The notes beneath the pieces were generated by a model. That model did no database searches, was not told where the DNA came from, and saw only the letters and a program-made list of their open reading frames with translations. The position numbers and the translations under genes are program-made. This document shows positions 48,567-58,264 of a stretch of 64,000 nt of DNA, one piece after another; position 1 is the first letter of the stretch, and every line of letters starts with the position of its first letter. The DNA comes from Vulcanimicrobiota bacterium (GTDB taxonomy: Bacteria; Vulcanimicrobiota; Vulcanimicrobiia; Vulcanimicrobiales; Vulcanimicrobiaceae). The stretch spans positions 544,001 to 608,000 of the forward strand of contig CAWHWQ010000005.1 of the NCBI GenBank assembly GCA_963833095.1, written 5' to 3'.

Positions 48567-48870
48567 GGACCTGGCAGCCGAATTCCTGGTGCGCGCCGGC
48601 TACCGGATCGTTGCGCGCAACGTCCGCGTCCCCGGCGGCGAGATCGACCTCGTCTGCACTGAGGGCACGACCTTGGTCTTTGTGGAGGTCAAGCGCCGCG
48701 ACGGGCGCAACTTCGGCTCGGCACTGAGTGCAGTCGACGGGCGAAAACGCCGAAAACTACGGATGATCGCATCCGATTATGCCCAGATCGTCGCCCCCAA
48801 AGCGGCCATCCGGTTCGATATCGTCACCATAGACGGTAATCGCATAGCCGTGCATCGAAACGCCTTCTAG
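48526..48870 (+). CDS. yraN: YraN family protein
   Basis: G..GE..A, GEIDL, LVFVEVK, RFD. Confidence 0.9.
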   Translation: MTTSNSSGKGRSGEDLAAEFLVRAGYRIVARNVRVPGGEIDLVCTEGTTLVFVEVKRRDGRNFGSALSAVDGRKRRKLRMIASDYAQIVAPKAAIRFDIVTIDGNRIAVHRNAF

Positions 48871-48891
48871 CTGCATGGATACAACGGCTTA

Positions 48892-50178
48892 GTGGATTCA
48901 CTCCAAGGACGGACTCTCGGCGGGCGCTACGAAATCGCCGAGCTGCTCGGGCGCGGCGGGACCGCCGACACCTACCGTGGTCTCGACAAGACGCTGCGTC
49001 GAGATGTCGCGGTTAAGGTGCTCGTCGAACGTTCCGACGAGACGAACGCGCGCCTCTTGATGGAAGCTCGCGCGATGGCGCGGCTGAATCACCCACGAAT
49101 CGTCGCCGTGTATGATGCCGGGGAAGATTCCGGCATCTCCTACATTGTTATGGAGCTCGTGCGGGGCAAGACGCTCTCGGCGCTCGAAGGCGGCGAACTC
49201 GGCTACAAACAGGCGCTCGGCTATATTTACGAAGTCCTGGAAGCACTCGAGTACGCGAACTCGCAAGGGATCATCCATCGCGACATCAAGCCGTCGAACA
49301 TCATGATCGTCGAGGACGGAAAGCACACCAAGCTGACGGATTTTGGCCTCGCCCGGCGAGCGAGCGAAGTGACGCAAACGACGCGCACCGGACAAATCGT
49401 CGGAACCATCTCTTACCTCGCGCCGGAACGATTCTTGAGCAAGCCCGCCGACGTGCGCAGCGATCTGTATTCCGTCGGCATCGTGATGTACGAGATCTTT
49501 ACCGGCACGCTGCCCTTCCGTAACGATCGCGATGACATCGTAGCAACGATGTATTCGCACGTGCACGATCTTCCGACGCCCCCACGCGAGATCAACCGCA
49601 ATATTCCCGAAGCGCTCGAAATTGTGATCATGCGCGCGATCGAGAAAGATCCCGGGCGGCGCTTTCAAAACGCAAGCGAGTTCATGGCCGACATCCAGGG
49701 CTTACTCGGCCCCGCAACGCACCCGCACGCGGCTCCCGTTTCCGAAACCAAACAAATGAAGACGTTTTCACCGTCGTCGGGTGGAAGCACAACGGATCCC
49801 ACCCTTCGACAAGCGCTCGACCGCGCGCTCGCGAGTTCGCGCAATCGCAGCGACGCGCTCGAGAACGTCCTCAAAGGGATGATCGCGACGCGCCGGCGCG
49901 ACTACGACGAAGCCCGCGACGCCTACCTCTCCGCGATGCACGAACTTTCGGCGATCAATAACGAGGTTGAATACGCCAAGACGGCGCTCAAGTACGCGAC
50001 GATGGTACTACAAAAAGCGACCGACGGCCGGCGCGATCGGAACGAACTGCGCGACGGTGTGAACCGCCTCAATGAAGCACTCCGCATTTTTCACGAGTTC
50101 GGCTTGCACGAGCAGTATGCGCACACGGAATATATGATCAACGCGCTTGAACGCACCGCAATTGGGATCATCTTCTAA
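48892..50178 (+). CDS. Hanks-type Ser/Thr protein kinase with helical C-terminal domain
   Basis: LGRGG, VAVK, HRDIKPSN, DFGLA, APE, DLYS.G. Confidence 0.93.
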   Translation: MDSLQGRTLGGRYEIAELLGRGGTADTYRGLDKTLRRDVAVKVLVERSDETNARLLMEARAMARLNHPRIVAVYDAGEDSGISYIVMELVRGKTLSALEGGELGYKQALGYIYEVLEALEYANSQGIIHRDIKPSNIMIVEDGKHTKLTDFGLARRASEVTQTTRTGQIVGTISYLAPERFLSKPADVRSDLYSVGIVMYEIFTGTLPFRNDRDDIVATMYSHVHDLPTPPREINRNIPEALEIVIMRAIEKDPGRRFQNASEFMADIQGLLGPATHPHAAPVSETKQMKTFSPSSGGSTTDPTLRQALDRALASSRNRSDALENVLKGMIATRRRDYDEARDAYLSAMHELSAINNEVEYAKTALKYATMVLQKATDGRRDRNELRDGVNRLNEALRIFHEFGLHEQYAHTEYMINALERTAIGIIF

Positions 50179-50186
50179 ATCGTAGA

Positions 50187-51809
50187 ATGAGTAGCGACCG
50201 GAAACCGGAACTTCGGCGTTCCGTCACGCCCTGGGGTTCATTCTCGTGGGGGTATTCCGACGTCGGCGCCGACATCTTCGTCGGACTTGGCCTCGTGCTT
50301 GGTGCGGCGGCCGGCGCTTCGAACGTCGCGTTCTTGTTCGCCGGCCTCGTCTACGTCTGCATTGGCCTTGCCTATACGGAGCTTGCCGCGACGTATCCGG
50401 TTGCCGGCGGCGGCCAATACTTCGTTTTGCGCGGCTTAGGCGACATCTTCGGCTTTATCGCCGGCTGGGCCGTCTTGCTCGACTTCACGATCGATATTGC
50501 GCTTTTTTCATGGAGCTGCGTCGACTACTTGAGCGAATTGCTGCCGCAGGTCGCAGCGCCGTTCCATCCTTGGTCGCACTTCATCCTCGTCGTCGGGCTC
50601 ATCGTTGGTCTATGCGTCCTCAACATCATCGGCGTTCGCGAATCGACCGCGTTCAACGGATTTGTGAGCGCGCTCGACGTGGTCAGCGAGACGGCGATTC
50701 TGTCGCTCGGCTTTCTTTTTGCCTTCAGTCCCAATCTACTCGTGCACACGATGCAAAGTAGTTGGCCTACGCCATTCGAGTTCATGAAGGGCATTTCGTT
50801 AGCCATCGTTTCCTTCGTGGGGCTTGAATCGATTTCGCAGGCTGCCGAAGAGACGCAGCGCCCCGCGTCGGTCATTCCGCGGACATCGACGGCACTGATC
50901 TTAACGATCCTCATCTTTGCGCTCGCGTATGCAAATCTGGCACTGGGTATGCACACCTGGCATCCGATTCCGCTGGATGCGCACGGGCATCAGCAAATGC
51001 TCTGGCAATGGCTAGGCAACAACGATAACAACGGTAAGGCGGTCGCGCTGATCGCGCGAAACGTCCCCTACTGGGGTGCGATTGCAGCCTTCTACGTTCC
51101 GGTACTCGGGGCGATTCTGCTGCTCATCTCGTCTAATTCCGGTGTCTTCGGCAGCTCGCGCATCGCTTACGCTATGGCCTCCGGGGGTCTTCTGCCCTCG
51201 ATCTTCCAACGCGTGCACGCGCGCTATCGGACCCCGATGATCTCACTCCTGGTCTTCACCGCCGTCGCCTTGATCGAAGTGATCTTTGCCGCGTTGCCGT
51301 CACTTAGCCCCACGATGGCGGCGCTCTACGCGAAACACTTCAACGGTGAGAGCGGCATTGATTTCCTCGGCGACCTTTACGCTTTCGGCGCAGCGACCAG
51401 CTACTCGTTTGTGTTTGTTGCGCTCGTCGCCCTTCGCCTCACCGATCCGTTGAGTCCGCGCAAGTTCAAAATTCCGGTCAACATCCCCATGAGATTCCGC
51501 GGCGAGCGCGTGGAGTTTCCCGTTGTCGCCGTCATCGGCTTCATCGGCATGACCGCGATCCTCATCTTTACCTTGATCACCCATCCGATCGGCCGAATCG
51601 CAGGACCAGCATGGATCATCTTCGGCACCGCGCTTTACTTCATCTATCGTAAACGCAAGCGCCTCCCGCTCTTCCGCTCGCGCAAACGCGACTGGCGCGG
51701 CGAACAAATCGAAATCTTGCGTCGCGCCGGCGAACTCGAACTCATGGACGAATACGTCGCGAACGTTCGTGCGAGCGATGAGCGCCGCACCGGAACAGCA
51801 GAGAGCTGA
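50187..51809 (+). CDS. APC-family amino acid/cation permease
   Basis: Y.ELAATYPVAGG, SFVGLE, SSRI.YAM, RYRTP; many TMs. Confidence 0.88.
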   Translation: MSSDRKPELRRSVTPWGSFSWGYSDVGADIFVGLGLVLGAAAGASNVAFLFAGLVYVCIGLAYTELAATYPVAGGGQYFVLRGLGDIFGFIAGWAVLLDFTIDIALFSWSCVDYLSELLPQVAAPFHPWSHFILVVGLIVGLCVLNIIGVRESTAFNGFVSALDVVSETAILSLGFLFAFSPNLLVHTMQSSWPTPFEFMKGISLAIVSFVGLESISQAAEETQRPASVIPRTSTALILTILIFALAYANLALGMHTWHPIPLDAHGHQQMLWQWLGNNDNNGKAVALIARNVPYWGAIAAFYVPVLGAILLLISSNSGVFGSSRIAYAMASGGLLPSIFQRVHARYRTPMISLLVFTAVALIEVIFAALPSLSPTMAALYAKHFNGESGIDFLGDLYAFGAATSYSFVFVALVALRLTDPLSPRKFKIPVNIPMRFRGERVEFPVVAVIGFIGMTAILIFTLITHPIGRIAGPAWIIFGTALYFIYRKRKRLPLFRSRKRDWRGEQIEILRRAGELELMDEYVANVRASDERRTGTAES

Positions 51810-51813
51810 TCGC

Positions 51814-51993
51814 ATGCGGATAATTCGCACGATCCTTTCGCTCGGGATGATCGTCGTCGGTGTCATCGTCGTCGCACAGATGGCCCGCTATCCCATCTCG
51901 GCGAGTTTTACGGGCATCATCTTGGGGCTTGCAATGATCGCGCTTGGGACGATTCGCTTGCGCGCGCTATACGGAAAAAGCGGGCGCGCGTGA
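51814..51993 (+). CDS. Small 2-TM membrane protein
   Basis: Two hydrophobic helices; tight coupling to both neighbours. Confidence 0.65.
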   Translation: MRIIRTILSLGMIVVGVIVVAQMARYPISASFTGIILGLAMIALGTIRLRALYGKSGRA

Positions 51994-52619
51994 TTTACGA
52001 AAGCGGCACCGTTCACATGACGCTCGCCGGCGCCATCATCGCCATCCTGATCCTAGCCGCCATCAGCTCGACGATCTGGTGGATGCTGCATCCACCTTCC
52101 TCGTTCATCCAGAAGCTCGCGAGAGAGGCGGCGACCGAACTCGTACGCATGGTCGGATCGATCGTGGTCGTGTTCTCTCCGGATATTCTTTCCAGCCATA
52201 TGATGGCGTTGGCCGCCAAGCTTGCCCGCGGCGAACGCTCGGAGCTTCTCGCAATCTATGTCATCGAGGTGCCCTACTCGTTGCCGCCGGATGCCGACAT
52301 GCCCCTCGAGGAGCGGGCCGCGCTCGATGCGCTCGGCGCGGCGGAATCAATCGCAGGCGCAAGCGGCGTCTCGCTGCGCACGGAGATCATTAAATCACGA
52401 TCCACCAAACAGGCGGTACTCGACCTGGCCAAGCGCGAAAGAGCTAACCTCATCATCCTTGGATCGTTCCGAGAGGGGAAGTACACCGGCGCACCGCTCG
52501 GCCGCACGATCGAAGAGATCGCTGCCGACGCTAAGTGCGACGTGCTCATCGGCGTCGAAGGCAAACACGGTACGCTCCTTTACGAAGAACCCGGCCAAGC
52601 AGGCACGCCCAACACATAA
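51990..52619 (+). CDS. Membrane-anchored universal stress protein
   Basis: N-terminal TM; ANLIILGS, LGRT.E.I...AKCDVLI. Confidence 0.82.
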   Translation: MIYESGTVHMTLAGAIIAILILAAISSTIWWMLHPPSSFIQKLAREAATELVRMVGSIVVVFSPDILSSHMMALAAKLARGERSELLAIYVIEVPYSLPPDADMPLEERAALDALGAAESIAGASGVSLRTEIIKSRSTKQAVLDLAKRERANLIILGSFREGKYTGAPLGRTIEEIAADAKCDVLIGVEGKHGTLLYEEPGQAGTPNT

Positions 52620-52630
52620 TCGGAGGATTC

Positions 52631-53299
52631 ATGCACAAACGCTATCTCGCACTCGCCCTGGTCTCGGCCGCGTTCGTCGTGCTCGCAGCCCCGCACGCCG
52701 CGCGCGCGGCGCAAACGGCGCCGGCAATCGATGCCTTCAACGCATCGTTCGCGCAAGTAACCTCATACACGTATAAGCTGCACTCGCACGAGGTCAAGGG
52801 CACCGACGTGCAAGATCGCGTCTACGACTACTCGTTCATGAAGCCGCACTTTGCTAAGACGCTGATCGAATCGGGCGATAGCAAAGGCTCGGGCGGCGTA
52901 TGGGCCGGTGGCGATCAAGTCAGCGGCCATCAGGGCGGCTTCCTCTCCGGCATTCATTTGAAAGTCGATTTGCACGACCATCGCGCCGTCTCGCTGCGCG
53001 GCTACACGATCCCCGATGGTCTCCCGCAAAACATTGTGGCGCGGTACGCCGACATCAAGGGCGAACTCACGCAAGCCCCGGGCGGCCCAATTGGCGGGGT
53101 CAATACGGATTTGCTCGATCTCAAAGTTGCGGATCCGTCAAGCAACGGCGGCGTGAGCGAGCAGAAGCTCTATCTCTCGCAAGCGACGCATTGGCCGCTG
53201 CGCGAGATCTTCTACGCCGGCAATCAAGTCGTGCTCGACCAATCGTTCACCGACTACAACCTCAACGCGAACCTCACGCAAAACGACTTCCCGTTCTAG
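52631..53299 (+). CDS. Secreted protein (LolA-like fold possible)
   Basis: SD ggagg, signal peptide, terminal LN.NL...DF.F. Confidence 0.7.
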   Translation: MHKRYLALALVSAAFVVLAAPHAARAAQTAPAIDAFNASFAQVTSYTYKLHSHEVKGTDVQDRVYDYSFMKPHFAKTLIESGDSKGSGGVWAGGDQVSGHQGGFLSGIHLKVDLHDHRAVSLRGYTIPDGLPQNIVARYADIKGELTQAPGGPIGGVNTDLLDLKVADPSSNGGVSEQKLYLSQATHWPLREIFYAGNQVVLDQSFTDYNLNANLTQNDFPF

Positions 53300-53333
53300 A
53301 TCGCACGGGCTGCGGCTCCGCTCGAAGACGCTC

Positions 53334-53362
53334 GAAAGGCCGCATCGTGCGGCCTTTCTGCT
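53334..53362 (+). terminator. Intrinsic terminator-like hairpin
   Basis: gaaaggccgca-tcg-tgcggcctttc perfect 11-bp stem. Confidence 0.7.
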
Positions 53363-53477
53363 TGGACGCTTTTCGCGCCGGGCAAGCCTTGAAGATCACA
53401 TCCTGTGATAGCGCGAAAAGTCGTACACTTCTTGCGGAACCTCACCCGCCCTCGTCTCGCGCTTGACCGCTCGTATC

Positions 53478-54200
53478 ATGAAAGGTTTTTCGTTGATGTC
53501 GCTGCTCAAGTCTGGAGTGCTTACCGTTGCGTCGGCCTATCCCGATCCGCCCTTCGACGTCAGCGTGGGCGACTTTCGCAGCGGCTTCGACATCGAACTG
53601 ATGCGGCACATCTGCACGGGGCTGGACGTACGCCTGCAGACGGTCGCGTACACCGGCAGCAACTTCAACGGCATCTTCGACGGCCTCACGCATCGCGAGT
53701 ACGACGCGGTCATCTCGGGCACAACGATCACGCCCGATCGTTCGCAGATCGTGCTCTTCTCGCAGCCGTACCTCGAGTTCGGGCAAGGCGTCGCCCTCAA
53801 CCGCGCCGTCCATCCGCACGCGCGCACGGCGAGCGATTTGAAGGGTCTTATCGCAGGCATTCAGCAGGGCAATACATCCGAAATCCCCGCGCGCAAGCTC
53901 GTCGCCGAAGGCATTCTCGCCTCGATCCGGTTCTATCCGTACGACGGCATCTTGGACGCGCTGGGCGATCTCGAAGCCAACCGGATCGGCTGCATCATCA
54001 AGTTGCACCCGGTTATCACCGAACTCGTCAAAACTCGGCCAGAACTCTACGTGCCACTCGAGATTCCCACCCACGAAAAGCTCGGCATCGCCTTTGCAAA
54101 GGACAATACGCGATTGTGCGACGCCGTGAATGCAGCGCTCAATACGCTGACGCAAAACGGCACGATGGATGCGCTCAAACAGCGCTGGCTTACGCCTTAG
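53478..54200 (+). CDS. Amino-acid ABC substrate-binding family 3 protein (orphan)
   Basis: PPF, GFDIEL, ITPDR..V.FSQPY, GIAF.K; no clear signal peptide. Confidence 0.8.
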   Translation: MKGFSLMSLLKSGVLTVASAYPDPPFDVSVGDFRSGFDIELMRHICTGLDVRLQTVAYTGSNFNGIFDGLTHREYDAVISGTTITPDRSQIVLFSQPYLEFGQGVALNRAVHPHARTASDLKGLIAGIQQGNTSEIPARKLVAEGILASIRFYPYDGILDALGDLEANRIGCIIKLHPVITELVKTRPELYVPLEIPTHEKLGIAFAKDNTRLCDAVNAALNTLTQNGTMDALKQRWLTP

Positions 54201-55161
54201 CCAAATATCGCTTGCGTAGTTCGTCGAGGACGACCGCGAGGAGGATCACGACGCCCAACACGACCTTTTGCAAGTACGAGTCGACGTGAATCAAGTTCAT
54301 CGCGTTGTACAGTAAACCGATGAGCAGCGCACCGAAGAACGTGCCCAGAATCGAGCCCTGGCCGCCCATGAGGCTCGTGCCGCCGACGACGACCGCGGCG
54401 ATCGCTTCGAGCAGCTCGTCGTGCGTGCCGGTATCGGGTGAGCCCGACGAGAAGCGCGCCATGTACAGAAACCCGACGACGGCCGCGCACATGCCGCTAA
54501 TCACATACACCATCGTCTTGACGCGCGCGGTCGCGATGCCGGCGAGACGAGCCGCTTCTTCGTTGCCGCCGATGGCGACGACATAGCGCCCGAATCGCGT
54601 TCGCGTGAGCAGGACCGACGCGATCGCCACGACGACGACCATCCAGATCACGGGAATCGGCAAGCCAAACACCGAGCCGGTGCCAATCGACGAAAAGACC
54701 GCGTTATTGACCGCAACCGGTTGGCCACCCGAGAAGATATACGAAAGCCCAAGCGTCACTTCGAGCATCGCGAACGTCGTGATAAACGGCGGCAGATTGA
54801 GTTTAACGACCGGCAACGCGTTGATCCAGCCCGCAGCGGCGCCGACGCCCAGGCCGGCAAGTAGCGTTACAAGCACGAGCGGCGCGCCGTCAAACGGCAA
54901 GTGATTCGCGACTTGCGCCATGACGACGCCGGTCAGCGCCACCAGCGAACCGATCGAGAGATCGATCCCGGCGGTAATGATGACGAATGTTTGTCCCACC
55001 CCGAGAATACAGTTATAGGAGATCTGCTCGAGGACGGTGACCAGGTTGCGCGGATTCAGAAATTGGCCCTTCGCCGCCATGTTGATAACCGTCATGAAGA
55101 GCGCAACGACGATCACCAAGATCGTGTTGCGCAGCCAGAGGTTCTTCAAAACTGCGCTCAT
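54190..55161 (-). CDS. rbsC: Ribose-type sugar ABC permease
   Basis: GIDLSIGS, T.FGR...AIGGNEEAARLAGI, AIAAVVVGGTSL.GG.G. Confidence 0.85.
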   Translation of the reverse strand: MSAVLKNLWLRNTILVIVVALFMTVINMAAKGQFLNPRNLVTVLEQISYNCILGVGQTFVIITAGIDLSIGSLVALTGVVMAQVANHLPFDGAPLVLVTLLAGLGVGAAAGWINALPVVKLNLPPFITTFAMLEVTLGLSYIFSGGQPVAVNNAVFSSIGTGSVFGLPIPVIWMVVVVAIASVLLTRTRFGRYVVAIGGNEEAARLAGIATARVKTMVYVISGMCAAVVGFLYMARFSSGSPDTGTHDELLEAIAAVVVGGTSLMGGQGSILGTFFGALLIGLLYNAMNLIHVDSYLQKVVLGVVILLAVVLDELRKRYLAKA

Positions 55162-56636
55162 GCGGCGGCTCCGGTTGCGGCCGCAATGACGGCGTCGGGA
55201 GTGGCAGCATCCCGGCTGAATTCGCGAACGATGCGCCCGTCGCGAACCACGAGGACACGGTGCGACATACCCAGCACCTCGGGCAGTTCGCTGGATACCA
55301 TGACGATGGCGGCTCCATTCTCGAGCAAAGTCTTCATCAGCGCGTAAATCTCGGACTTGGCGCCGACGTCGATGCCGCGCGTGGGCTCATCGAACAGAAA
55401 CACACGGGCTTGGCCCAACAACCATTTTGCCAGCACCACTTTTTGTTGATTTCCGCCCGAGAGATTGCGCACGAGCTGAGTCGAGCTAGGCGTGCGTACA
55501 TGCAATTCCTCGATCATCCTGCGCGCGCTCTCCTCCTCGCGCGAACGCGAGATGAGATGCTCGCGATTGACGAACTGCGCGAGATGCGCCAGGGTGATGT
55601 TTTCACGCACGTTCATGCCCAGCACGAGGCCCTGGCCTTTTCGGTCTTCGGTAATAAACGCAATCCCGGCCTCGATGCCGTCGTGAGGCGATCGAATGAG
55701 AGCGCGTCTGCCGCTGATTGTGATAACGCCGGCGTCGGGAATATCGGCACCCGCAATCGCGCGCACGATCTCGGTGCGTCCCGCACCAATCAATCCGGCA
55801 AGTCCGACGATCTCACCCGCGCGCACCGAGAAGTTGATGTGCGCAATCGCCGGATCGCGCGAAAGATCGTGCACGTCGAGCACGACCGGGGCGTCGGGCT
55901 TCACCGGATCGAGCGCCGGAAAATGCGCATCGAGCGGCCGTCCAACCATCGCTCGGATGACGTCGGCAGGCGAAAACTCCAACGCGCTGCGCGTCTCGAC
56001 GACCGATCCGTCACGCAGCACCGTGATGCGGTCGGCGATCTTAGGCAACTCTTCCATCCGATGCGAGATGTAGATGATGCCGGCACCGCCGGCTTTCAGG
56101 CGCGCGATCAGCGCGAAGAGCGCATCGATTTCCCGGTCGGTGAGCGCGGCGGTCGGCTCGTCCATCACGATGATCCGAGCGTGTCGCGAAAGCGCCTTCG
56201 TGATCTCGATCAGTTGCTGTTGCGCGACGGAAAGACGGCTCGCCGGGCGATCGAGCGGCAGTTCGATTCCGAGCTCCTGGAGGACGGCGCTTGCGTGGCG
56301 GACCGCCTCACGCTCGTCAAGCATCAGTCCGCGAACCGGTTCGTTACCGAGCATAATGTTCTGCAGCGCGTTGAGTTGCGGGACGAGATTGAATTCCTGG
56401 TAGATCATCCCGACGCCGAGTCGCTCCGCATCATGCGGCGATGCAATCTGCACCTCGGTTCCATCGATCGCGATGCTCCCGCGATCGGCGCGTTGCGCGC
56501 CCGCGAGGATCTTCATCAACGTCGATTTACCGGCACCGTTTTCGCCGACCAGCGCCAACACTTCACCGGCGTTCAGCGTCAACGAGACGTCGCAAAGCGC
56601 GCGAACACCGGGAAATGACTTCCCGATGCCGCGCAT
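55158..56636 (-). CDS. rbsA: Ribose-type sugar ABC ATPase (two ABC domains)
   Basis: GENGAGKST, DEPT, LSGGNQQK, DEPTRGIDVGAK. Confidence 0.88.
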   Translation of the reverse strand: MRGIGKSFPGVRALCDVSLTLNAGEVLALVGENGAGKSTLMKILAGAQRADRGSIAIDGTEVQIASPHDAERLGVGMIYQEFNLVPQLNALQNIMLGNEPVRGLMLDEREAVRHASAVLQELGIELPLDRPASRLSVAQQQLIEITKALSRHARIIVMDEPTAALTDREIDALFALIARLKAGGAGIIYISHRMEELPKIADRITVLRDGSVVETRSALEFSPADVIRAMVGRPLDAHFPALDPVKPDAPVVLDVHDLSRDPAIAHINFSVRAGEIVGLAGLIGAGRTEIVRAIAGADIPDAGVITISGRRALIRSPHDGIEAGIAFITEDRKGQGLVLGMNVRENITLAHLAQFVNREHLISRSREEESARRMIEELHVRTPSSTQLVRNLSGGNQQKVVLAKWLLGQARVFLFDEPTRGIDVGAKSEIYALMKTLLENGAAIVMVSSELPEVLGMSHRVLVVRDGRIVREFSRDAATPDAVIAAATGAAA

Positions 56637-56660
56637 CTCGCAGGAGCGGAACGCTTGAAT

Positions 56661-57605
56661 TCAACGCGTGTAGGTGCCGACCGGAACATGCACGACCGCC
56701 GGCGGAGTTTTGCCCGCGAAATAGTCGTGGATCGTGTCGATCGTCAGCGCGCCGATCTTGTCGGGATACTGAATCGCATCACCGTACATCGTTCCGGCTT
56801 TAATAGCTGCTTGCGCTTCGGGCGTCGCGTCGTACCCGACGACGGCGATCTTGCCGGTCGCGCCGGCCGCTTTGATTGCGCTTACCGCACCCAGCGCCGA
56901 GTCGTCGTTGATCCCGAACACACCTTTGACGTTGGGATTGGACTGCAGCACGTCGCCCATCGAACTATCGGCTTTGGAACGTTCGCCGCCCGCATCGATG
57001 TCGGCTACGATCGTCACACCAGGACAATCGGCTTTGATCCCGGCCTTAAATCCTTTCACGCGATCCTGCACGCTGGTCACTTCGGGCTCGTCGAGAATCG
57101 CGACCGTGCCGCTCGTGCCGACTGCCTTGCAAATGAGCTTTGCCGCTTGCATACCGCCTTGCACGTTATCGCTCGCGATGTGTGAGACAACTGTTCCTTG
57201 TTTGCTCGTGCTGGCGATGTCGGCGGTGAAGACCGGAATATGCGCGTTGTTGGCCTCGACAATCGCGCTGCCGATCGCCGTCGAGTCATACGGTGTCAGC
57301 ACGATCGCATCGACCTTGCTCGAAATAAAATCCTCGACCTGGCTCTGCTGCTTCGCGTTGTCGCGATTCGCGTCGACAACGACCAGCGTGTAGCCGTATT
57401 TTGCCGCCTCCGCCTTCATGCCGCTCTCCATGCTTTGGTAGAACTGCGCTTCACGATTTTGAATCGAAACGCCAATCGTTTTACCGCCGGTGGCCGAAGA
57501 CGACGCGGGCGCGGATGAGGCACTTGAATTCGAGGACGATCCCGAGTTCGAACATGCGGCGAGCACGGCGCACAGTGCTGCACAGAGCAGGCGGAATGAT
57601 TTCAA
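56661..57605 (-). CDS. rbsB: Sugar ABC substrate-binding lipoprotein
   Basis: Lipobox LAAC, SDN..GG, NDDSALGA, VVGYD; SD aaggag plus TTG. Confidence 0.85.
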   Translation of the reverse strand: MKSFRLLCAALCAVLAACSNSGSSSNSSASSAPASSSATGGKTIGVSIQNREAQFYQSMESGMKAEAAKYGYTLVVVDANRDNAKQQSQVEDFISSKVDAIVLTPYDSTAIGSAIVEANNAHIPVFTADIASTSKQGTVVSHIASDNVQGGMQAAKLICKAVGTSGTVAILDEPEVTSVQDRVKGFKAGIKADCPGVTIVADIDAGGERSKADSSMGDVLQSNPNVKGVFGINDDSALGAVSAIKAAGATGKIAVVGYDATPEAQAAIKAGTMYGDAIQYPDKIGALTIDTIHDYFAGKTPPAVVHVPVGTYTR

Positions 57606-57616
57606 CGTGGTCTCCT

Positions 57617-58207
57617 TCAGGTAAGGTACGGAACCTTGACGGGCGGACACTTTCGCACAGCATTCGGCTGTTCATCGCGCTTGGAGTCGAAAAACCAGCA
57701 GTCGCCCAACACCGAGCAGTAACAAATCTGAATCCCGATGTGGAAGCGAGCCGCGTCGATCGAGGCATACTCGCGCGGAGCGGTTTTACCCGGAAGCATC
57801 ACGATGAACGGCATATCCTCGTGCGCCATGATGACGCTGTCGCGGACCGTTGACGACAAAATCCCGGGATGATGTATCTCGGGCAGGTCGCAGCATGCGA
57901 ACAGCAGGTCGCGAAGGCTCGAGTAAGGGTGGCCGTTATATTCGACGGCGAACGTGCGGACGATTGCCGGGCCGACACCGGCGTTGCGGAGCTCGAAGGC
58001 GAGCCGCTTGTCGCCATTCTGCGTCGCGTCGCTCGAGAAGTACTCGACGTAGGGCCACACGCTGGCTTGGAGCAGTTGTTCTTGCGTGCGGTCCGCTCGC
58101 AATGCTACCCAAAGCGAGGCGACCGAGATGATGATTGCGCTGAGCCCAACGATCAGATCGAGGACGGGCAGGCCGGAACGATGGGGTCGATCGGGGCTCT
58201 CAGGCAT
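57617..58207 (-). CDS. Hypothetical membrane protein
   Basis: TM then SVWP, N.GVGPA, CYCSV..DCW. Confidence 0.7.
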   Translation of the reverse strand: MPESPDRPHRSGLPVLDLIVGLSAIIISVASLWVALRADRTQEQLLQASVWPYVEYFSSDATQNGDKRLAFELRNAGVGPAIVRTFAVEYNGHPYSSLRDLLFACCDLPEIHHPGILSSTVRDSVIMAHEDMPFIVMLPGKTAPREYASIDAARFHIGIQICYCSVLGDCWFFDSKRDEQPNAVRKCPPVKVPYLT

Positions 58208-58264
58208 TGGTTGCCCGTTTTTCCGCGCTGGGACGTCGCCCCTCGTTGTCCACAATCAGCGACC

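Noticed and set aside
55260..56618. Long antisense ORFs (also 32143-33228, 36742-37743 and others)
   Set aside because: Shadow ORFs expected from high-GC codon bias opposite well-supported genes
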